A stretch of 64,000 nucleotides of DNA from Candidatus Poseidonia alphae (GTDB taxonomy: Archaea > Thermoplasmatota > Poseidoniia > Poseidoniales > Poseidoniaceae): assembly GCA_002505405.1 (NCBI GenBank), contig DAVD01000027.1, positions 5,336-69,335 of the forward strand, in the 5' to 3' direction. Made by a program: the position numbers and the translations under genes. Under the pieces are notes generated by a model that saw only the letters and a program-made list of their open reading frames with translations, was not told the DNA's origin and ran no database searches. Below are positions 10,788 to 19,800 of the stretch, in pieces. Position 1 is the first letter of the stretch. Every line of letters begins with the position of its first letter.

Positions 10788-13763
10788 ATGGTGAACAAGA
10801 TGCTGTACAGCAAATCTGCAACTCATTCGCACTCAGTCGCTTGGTTCTTGGCTGCATTGATGGTTCTTTCAACAAGCGCCGTTCTTCTCGCTTCCAATGA
10901 CAACAATCAAGAGGCGATATTGGAGGACGCTCCGGTCGTCTTTAGAAACACAAACACCCAACAAACCTACGACCTCTATCTCGACAAACAAAACGAAACC
11001 GTGGGTGGTCAAGGAACGATTACGACGCTCCCCCCAAACGATGGTCAAGAAGAAAAAAGCGCAGTGGATGGACTTGAATTCAGGAGTGCAGAATTGATCA
11101 GCGACTTGTACGTTAACGGCACGGGCGCCTCTAACATTGCTCGCTTGTCCATTTACTATCAATTCAGTGGACCGACCGGGTCTACTGCCACCGCGACATT
11201 TGCTCTCAAATCTGGAGATTCACAAATTGTTTCAGAGAGCAAGGAATTGTCAGACCCGTGCTCAACCAACCCGCTCTCTCAAAATGCTTGTACTTGGGCC
11301 ATCATCGAAGTTGAATTCGTGCTCGGCAGTAACGGCTTCACAGTCCCTCAGGGGAAACAACTCAAGATTCGAATTGATGCTGATGCCCAGTGTGCGGACG
11401 GTCAAGGTGGCCTCCCATCAGCCAACGGCTGCGATGTTGAGTTTGCATTTGGAAAGGTCGGGAGTGCAGACAGCTATTCCCGATTGCAAATCATGACCAA
11501 TGCGCTTTCCGGTTCATCGGTACGTGTTCACAGTTGCTACGGTGACTTTGGTTGCAATTGGAACGACGAAGAAAAACTTGAATGGGCTCCCAACCACCGT
11601 TTGAAATTCCGTGAAATGCGTTTTTCGGTTGAAATCCAAGATGCTTTTGGCCGTGAAGATATTGAAGACGTTACGCTTATCATGAGCACACCCAACGAAG
11701 CCACCTCAGTTTTTGAGGTGGAATTTGATGACGACAATTTAAAACTTGACAACAATGGTTTGGTGGGGATTTACAATCACACCGCTTCGGGTTTGGCCTC
11801 TGGCGAGTACCCCGTACGTTTGGAAATCAATGATGTACAAGGGCATTCGCTTCTTTTCGAACACCCCGGATTGGAATTTTTAGAACATGATGTTTACCTT
11901 ACCGTCCCCCAAAACCAACCGGACGTTGTCCTCTATGCTCCAGGTCAAACCAGCAAAGTCAATTTCCTCATTGAGCATACGGGGTCGGCATCATCAAGTT
12001 TGGACGTCGTCTTTGACATCGCTGATAATCTCCCCATGGAATGGGCTGAACCTTTGTGGAGTCAGGCCAGCGGCTCTTACACCCTTACCGGTGGTGGCGA
12101 TTCCGCTATCCCTGAGTTGCTAATTGACGTCCCTGAAGGAGATTTGTCCGATGCTCCTGACTATCTTCAAATCGAGGCAAGGGTTTACGCAACAAACGAT
12201 CAAGGCCAAAGTGAAGAGGTTGCTATCAAGAGCCTAAGAATAGACTTTGAAAAGATCGACGTGTTTGCTCCACCTCGTATCTCCGTCTACGAAGATCAAG
12301 AGCATCAAAAGCAAATAGCAGATTCCACTCGACCCGAGGCTTACGACGAAGGCCTATCGCATTATGTCGATGCGTTCAACGGCAGTGAAAACTTCTACAT
12401 CGATGTGTTCAATTCCGGATTCGATACGGACTCGTTCAAAATCAAAATCCTTGAGCAACCCGATGACTGGCAGTACCGCTTTTATTCCAATCAAACTGGA
12501 GCAGAACTTACTGAGGATGGCATCTATCACCTGACCAGCGATATTGGGTCCACTCAATTGTTGACGGTGCGCATGCAAGTGTTTCCGCCAGAGGACCGAG
12601 AAAGCCTTGATATTGGTCTCTTCTCACTCGCCTTCTCAAGTACAGAAGATTCAGAGCTAAGAACAGATGTGGCGTTTACTGTCCACCGAACCTTTGGCAT
12701 TCTCGCAGAGGTCATCGCCGATAGTGACGGAGTGGGTGATGAAAATTTGCTCGGCCAAGTGGGCCCAGTTAGTCCAAATCAAGATGTATGGTACAACGTA
12801 CGTATCTCGGACTCCTCGAGCACAAGTACAACCGAAACAACTTGGCGGATCATCAACCCAAGGGACTTGTCGAGGAATGCAGATAACAATCCTAAATATA
12901 CGGCGTGGGAATACTCCATTTCCAACGACACCAACGATAACATCGTGGTAGTGTCCCTCCCTGCTGATGGATACGTTGACATTCGTCTCGGTGTGCAACT
13001 GAACGGACAGGTGGAAGCGGGAGAACACATCGTTTACACTCGAATCATTGAAGAAGGTGTTGAGGAGGAGAATGAACCGAGGTATTTTGACCTCCCGGTT
13101 AAGATCATCATCAAGGAAGACGTCGTACCCGGTAGGATAGAAATCACCGCAAAGACCGAAGCCTCTCGTTTCTCCTCAGGGGAAGAGAAAAACTTGGAAT
13201 TCAAGATCACCAATCAAAACAACGTTGAGCTTGACGTGGTTATTTTGTTGGATGAACCTCTCGGGTGGGATGGTGCAATCCGTGCAACGTCCAATCAACT
13301 TGGAAGTGATTTCCTCATCCTGAAACTCTCAGCTTACGAAAGCAAGGACTTCAGTCTCAAGATGACTGCCCCAGAATCACTCAAGGACAGTGCATCAGTG
13401 GCTTTTGAATTCAAAGTGACTCCGATGAATAACGAAACTCCCTATGCGGAAGAGTTTGAACAAACCTTTGCCTTCCAGTACGTCACAGAATGCAGCGGAG
13501 CCTCTTGCTTGTTTGGTGAATTGACCAACCCTGAACCTCAGACCATGGTGTTCTATGTGATTCTGGGCGTTCTCTTGCTCTATGCTGCTCGGCGTGGCAA
13601 GCAACAGCCAGCACAACACTTTGAAGCAATTGTGCCGGATAAAGAAACTGAGAGTTTGTTCCAAGAGGAGTTGGCTGAACTGGATGAGTCAATTCCTGAA
13701 CCGGTGGTTGCCCAAGCCGACGACGACGACCTTGAATTGCTCGAAGAACTTGACGATATTTGA
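10788..13763 (+). CDS. Large secreted, membrane-anchored acidic protein with Ig-like beta-rich repeats
   Basis: N-terminal signal peptide, Cys pairs, beta-strand-rich repeats (FNSGFDTDSF, ITNQNN..L), a C-terminal TM helix (MVFYVILGVLLLYAARR) and an acidic tail. Confidence 0.8.
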   Translation: MVNKMLYSKSATHSHSVAWFLAALMVLSTSAVLLASNDNNQEAILEDAPVVFRNTNTQQTYDLYLDKQNETVGGQGTITTLPPNDGQEEKSAVDGLEFRSAELISDLYVNGTGASNIARLSIYYQFSGPTGSTATATFALKSGDSQIVSESKELSDPCSTNPLSQNACTWAIIEVEFVLGSNGFTVPQGKQLKIRIDADAQCADGQGGLPSANGCDVEFAFGKVGSADSYSRLQIMTNALSGSSVRVHSCYGDFGCNWNDEEKLEWAPNHRLKFREMRFSVEIQDAFGREDIEDVTLIMSTPNEATSVFEVEFDDDNLKLDNNGLVGIYNHTASGLASGEYPVRLEINDVQGHSLLFEHPGLEFLEHDVYLTVPQNQPDVVLYAPGQTSKVNFLIEHTGSASSSLDVVFDIADNLPMEWAEPLWSQASGSYTLTGGGDSAIPELLIDVPEGDLSDAPDYLQIEARVYATNDQGQSEEVAIKSLRIDFEKIDVFAPPRISVYEDQEHQKQIADSTRPEAYDEGLSHYVDAFNGSENFYIDVFNSGFDTDSFKIKILEQPDDWQYRFYSNQTGAELTEDGIYHLTSDIGSTQLLTVRMQVFPPEDRESLDIGLFSLAFSSTEDSELRTDVAFTVHRTFGILAEVIADSDGVGDENLLGQVGPVSPNQDVWYNVRISDSSSTSTTETTWRIINPRDLSRNADNNPKYTAWEYSISNDTNDNIVVVSLPADGYVDIRLGVQLNGQVEAGEHIVYTRIIEEGVEEENEPRYFDLPVKIIIKEDVVPGRIEITAKTEASRFSSGEEKNLEFKITNQNNVELDVVILLDEPLGWDGAIRATSNQLGSDFLILKLSAYESKDFSLKMTAPESLKDSASVAFEFKVTPMNNETPYAEEFEQTFAFQYVTECSGASCLFGELTNPEPQTMVFYVILGVLLLYAARRGKQQPAQHFEAIVPDKETESLFQEELAELDESIPEPVVAQADDDDLELLEELDDI

Positions 13764-13852
13764 GTCAAAAACAACCTCTTTTTCTTAGGGTTGTATGAAC
13801 ATCGTACCATTTCCCTTATGAGGCATAAAACCCACCGTCCATTGTGAGAACC

Positions 13853-16800
13853 ATGCTGACAGGCTCGAACCTTACCGCCGCGACTCCTCAATTGCGCCTG
13901 TCAGAGCGTAAAAATGCTGTAAAATCAGTGTTTTTGACCCTTTTGATGGTGCTCTCATCGCTTGCATCCATCGAATATTTAGCCATTGATGTGCAAGCAG
14001 CCTCCGATCAAGACGGGGACGGGCTTACATACGGTTTGGAATACCTGATGAACACACAACCTAACGACCCTGATTCCGACAATGACGGTCTTCCTGACGG
14101 TTGGGAGTGGAAGTATGGACTTGACCCGCTTTCATCAAGTGGAGCAGACGGTGCAGTTGCCGACCCTGATGGCGACGGAATGTCAAATCTGCAAGAATAC
14201 ACTTACCTCATGCCCAATGGCTGGGACAACCCCAGTACGGGCTCTGTTCTCGACAACGGCGTTTGGTGGAACGGCACCATTCCTGTCAACGATTGGAATG
14301 AAGAAAACTCGATGCAGTACAATCAACCTGCTTGCGGCGCAGCTGGTTCAGACGGAACTGGCAGCATCATTTTGTGCGACGAAGACCCTGTGGGGAACAT
14401 CTGTACAAACGGGTTTGACGACGACAAAGACGGCTTTGTTGATGCTGCAGACCCAGACAACGACGGAGATGCAGATTGTTTGAGCGACGATGACGACGGG
14501 GACGGACTCATTGACGAAGACCCAGCGGGATGGGATACCGATGGAGACGGAATGAACGATGGATGGGAGGCAGCCAACAACCTCAACGCAACTTCTCCGT
14601 CCAATGCAGACGGTCCAAATGGCGACCCTGACGGCGACGGGTTGACCAACCTCATGGAATACGTTAACCCGACTTGGACCACAATGTGTGGGTCATCCCC
14701 GTGTTTCAGAAACGGCCCAGATGGTGCAGTCACTGAAACCACATCTCCTTGCGACCCTGTTCAAGGCGTTGGCCCCGGTGCTTGTGCAACCTACACGGCC
14801 GAGGTGGACGGAATCACTTCGACCAATCCTCAGATTGCCGACACCGATGGTGACGGCCTCAACGATTCATATGAAGCTCTTACGCTTCTTACCGACCCTA
14901 CTGCTGCAGATACCGATGGTGACGGTATCCGTGACGGTGTCGAAGTTAACGGAGCCTACGGTAATCCTGCTCAAGCAAGCGACCCTCGTGACAACAATAC
15001 CGATGACGACGCCTTCGACGATGGTGAAGAAGACACAAATTTCAACGGACTGGTGGACGAAGGCGAAACCGACCCAACTCGCAGAGAAGATGCCGGCGAT
15101 GAAGACAATGACGGGATTCAGAACTGGGAAGAAAACCTCTCTTGTACCCTTTGGAACGTAGCGGATACGGACTTTGGTGGCGTGAGTGATGGGGACGAAC
15201 GAAACATCAGTCACGGAACCGATCCTTGTGATTCACTCGTGAACTTTGAAACGACATTCGTAAGTTACGATTCCTCTTCAAACCAAGTCACCCTCGGAAG
15301 CGGTAGCGGATTTAATCCCGGCGGGGGCGTAGGATGGTACAACGTTTCGGGGTCTTGGGAGTCCTTCGCTTATGCAACGATAGTGAACACCGTGCTTCAA
15401 GGCGTATCAAACGGGCCAAGCGCTACGCCCAGCCAAGTTGCTAATCGAAATGGCTCGTTCTGCCACACCGATGCGGTCGCTGCAGGAACCATCGGCTCCA
15501 CCCAACAATATTGTGACGACGATTACACAGACAGTGACCAAGATGGTCTTGCTGACTGGCAGGAGTTGTTGGGCACATTTGGATGGTTCTCCAATCCAAA
15601 CATTGCTGATTCAGACGCTGATGGCGTAGACGACTTTGGTGAGGTTTCGGACAATACCGATCCAAACGAACCTTGTGCGAATCTGTTGGACACGGATGGC
15701 GACGGCCTCAACAACTATTTCGAAAACAATACAGGTTGCGATCTGAACTTCATTGGAATCACCAACGGCTCACAAGACATATGGGTCACGGATTATGCAT
15801 CATTTGATACGGACCAGGGTGGCGTTAACGACCGAACGGAATACTACGACGGAACCAACCCTCAAAACGACCCGAGTGATGACGTCCAACCGGACGACTT
15901 TGACGGCGACGGAGTCCCTGATGCGATTGAAAATCAGACCGGAACGGATTGGACCAATCCAGATACGGACGGCGGTGGATTACTCGATGGAATTGAGTGC
16001 CCTGACCTTTATTGGGTTGCTAACTGCGCAGGTTCACCGTTTGACCCGTTCGACCCTACTGATGACATCCTCAACAACGATGTACTTTTCTGGGCCAACA
16101 ACTCCTCAGGCGTTGTTGACGTCAACAGTGTTCATCGTTGGCGAGTGAATACCAACGATTTTTACACAGGTTCTACCTATGCACAACTTGACAGCGTCCA
16201 TCCCAAAGAAGCAGTGTCCATTCCTTACAGCAACCTCACGCATCTTGCTCCACTCTCGTTCGCCAACGATACCATTGAATGGACCATTAACTACAACAAT
16301 CCAATCAATGTAGGGCAGGTTCCTGTTCCATCGTTTTATTCGAACATCTCGTATGTGTTTGAAGCGATAGCCACGTTCTCCAGAAACAATGATACGCATA
16401 CCGTGACGGTTGACCAAGGCCCCATCAACGAACTTTGGTTCCAAGAACCCGAATATTACTTCGATTGGGCAACGCTTGCATCCACTACTGTTCCCGGGCA
16501 AGGCTTCCCGTATGAGCTCCTCACAGATGAGATCTTTATCAACACGAGCGACGTTCATTCCTATGTATTCAACGTCACCAACGGTGTCGTGACCGATTCC
16601 GGTGCAACGGATGCTTACAGCGTTGCCCTAGCCCTCGAGGAGTTCCTCACCAACGGAAACAGTTCTACGGAATTCAAGCGTAATTACAACGGCTCAGGCA
16701 CACCGTCCATTCTTGATACAACCCTTAACATTCTTGAAACAAGAAAAGAAGGTTCTTGCCGTGAATTCAACACTCTGTTCGTGACCATGGCTCGCCTTGC

Positions 16801-19800
16801 AGGTCTACCTGCACGCCAAGTGACCGGCTACTCCGGAGGTACGTGGACCGGTGAAGGCTACGCCGTATATGCAGCGGATGCAACGACTTGGTCAGAAGTC
16901 CGCCTGCAACAAAACAATGCTAACGGAAATACTGACCTCGGATGGATTGCCTTCGACCCCTGCCCACCAGCGGAAGAAATGGAAGTCGTTAACCAGACCA
17001 TTTCCACCTTGACCTGGTCTCGTGACAGTACCCAAGATATCAACGTCACAGGTCAACTCCGATATGCAGAAAACGGAACACCTGCGTCCGAAGTCCCAGT
17101 CTTTGCTTATCTCGTCCCGGTCTCTGAGGCTAATCTCGTACCGGGCCCGGGCGGTCCTATGGAGCGCTTGATCAGTGAGGGACGAACCGACGCAAATGGA
17201 ACGTTCAATTTCACAGGCGTTCCCGATGCACCAACTGCGCCAGGAATGCATAACATCGTCGTTGAATACCGTCAGTTTGGGTACGTTCCAAACGGAGGGG
17301 CAATTTACGATAGCTACGTTAACATGACTGAGAATTCAACCTTGTTCCACACGGCACCTGCCGTGATCAATGCCCCCGTTGCGGGTGCAGGTGCAACTAC
17401 CGTCATTGAAGGATTGCTCGAATTTGAAAATCAACCTCTCGACGTGTTCTTCCAACTTCCGGATCAGACCGTTTGGTTGACCTATACCTCTTCTGTTGAC
17501 GGTGCTCAGAACCTCACCGGTCTTGTTGACAGCGCTGGAGCGTTCACATTCACCTTGAATCTCAGTGAATTTGAAACCAAAGGAAATCTTTCTGCAACGC
17601 TTGGATATTCCGGATGGCAGGACACATCGGTTACAGGCATCCCCCTCGAAGCCTTCCATCTCAACCCAACAACCACATCAATCGTCCTTAACGTAACCGA
17701 TGCGCCAAATCTGACAGCGATCATTGAAGGACCACTGACCAACAAGAGCATTCTCCTTCTTGATGACAACATATGGGTGAACGGCTCGGCAGTATCTGTT
17801 GGAGCTGCTCCAGTTCCTTTGACCGGAACGCTGCAATTTTCCATTCGAGGCAACAACAGCGGAGATGTTTGGTTTGAAGTGTTCAACACAAGCGTCACAG
17901 GGACGTTTTCAATCCAACATTTCCTTCCATCCTCCACGATGGTCGGTTCAGGCGAACTTGAAGTGCGTCTGCGTTTCTTCCCAGCCTCACTCCCTGCGAC
18001 AGATGACGCTAACATGAGCACGAGCGTGCCGTACTTCTTGCGAGGTTTCCTCGGGTTCCAGGTGGGTGAGTCTGCTCAAATGCGAGGTTTTGACGGAACC
18101 GTTGAAGTGTCGATCACAGACCACCGTGGATTTGTTCAAGACCTCGTTCTTTTGGGAGATTACGACTTCTCCTTTGACGGAACATGGTACAATACGACTA
18201 CGGACCCAACCGGCGACGTGGTTGAGTTTTCTTGGCCACTTGCGGCAGATCTCGTCGCAAACGACTATCCAATCGATATCTCTTTCAACGGCTCAGATTA
18301 TTACCAACCCTCAATCGGTAATGGAAGCATCCGAGTCCAGGCAGAGATTGGGTACAACCTCTCCATTGGGCAGGATTGGACCCACATCGGTAACTCCACT
18401 TTCTTGTCCGGTGACATTTTTGATGCATTTTACAACACACCTGTTCTGAACAACAACACTCAGATTCGTGTTACTATTAACCTCGAGGACGGGCCGGTTG
18501 ACATTGCTCAGTCTTCGCTGAACAATTCCACAGGGGCTTTCAACATACCAATCACCATGCCGACTACAATCGGTTCAGGCGTCTACGATTTCGTGGTCGA
18601 ATTTGACTTTGAATCCCAGGCGCCTCTCGGTGGGGCTTACTACTCCTACCTCGACACGAGTTTACCTCCAAGCCCTCCAACGTTGGTCTCTGTTCTCGGA
18701 GGTATTGAATCTGAAGTCGTCGTGACGGCTGAACGACCGAACTACATCATTGAAATGAACAATACCGTTGATTTGATCGCTAAGATTACTGATCTTGCCG
18801 ACGGTTCAAACGTCAGTGGAGCATCGGTTGAGTACATCTGGGACTACGGAGTTAGCAATACCTCGTTGGGCACCGTCTCCTCCGATGCAGACGGTAACGC
18901 AACCTTCAGCTTCACGCCATCCAGTATCGCCCCTGGATACTACGACCTCATGGTCATCATTCAGGACGATATCAGTTCATCATTAACTGCAGGAAATACG
19001 CGGTACCTCGGCAACTCAACCTTGCTGAACATCACCATTCAAGTGACGAGTGACATCCAATTCAACAATGTCCCAACCACCATTACAGCAGGAACTCCGT
19101 TCAATGTAGTTGGGCAAGTTCTAGACGCAGAAAACAGTTCACGGCCGCTAATTTCAGCTGTACGACTCAATGTCTTTTGGCTTGAATACCCTGACGAACT
19201 CCTTCTCAACGGATTCTCCACTACCAACAACGGCAGTTTCAACATGAGCGTTCCAACAGACACCGCAAATAATGGGACTCAAAGAGGCCCACATACGCTT
19301 GTCATCTCGGTTGTCAACGAATCATCACCGTTCTACCTTACTGCAACGGCTCAAACGCCCATTCAGGTCATGGGCGTGTCTCGGCTAGAAAATCTGGTTC
19401 CACTCAATGCCGTGGTCATCAACCGAGGAAACACAGTCAACATGTCGGCTAAACTTGTCGAGGCATCGGACCTCTTTGCACCTCTTGCAGGATACGATGT
19501 TGGTCTTGAATTCCACGAAACTTGGTTGACATCCGCTACTACCGACGGCGAAGGCTTTGCGAATTTCTCATACACGGTTCCTTACGACCACCCGCTGGGT
19601 CTTATCGTGGTCCAAATGGTCTACAACGGATCATCCGACCTCCTTTCAACCTCTGCAAACTTGACTTCAATCACCGTGAGGTCATTGACGTTCATGGTGG
19701 TGGATAGCATTACGGACAATCCAGTCGCCGGTGATGAATTCAACATTTCAGGGCGCGTCACTTCTGACAACGGTTCAGGATTAACTCAACGCGATAACAT

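Noticed and set aside
10560-10790. tRNA-Leu as an integration site for an island carrying the giant surface-protein genes
   Set aside because: No integrase gene, no duplicated tRNA 3' end seen downstream, and no evident compositional shift.
13990-16080. Repetitive GACGGNGAC-rich DNA as a possible CRISPR or tandem DNA repeat (also 28900-30430)
   Set aside because: The repeats are degenerate and in frame, encoding DxDGDG Ca-binding motifs. There are no identical repeat-spacer units and no cas genes.
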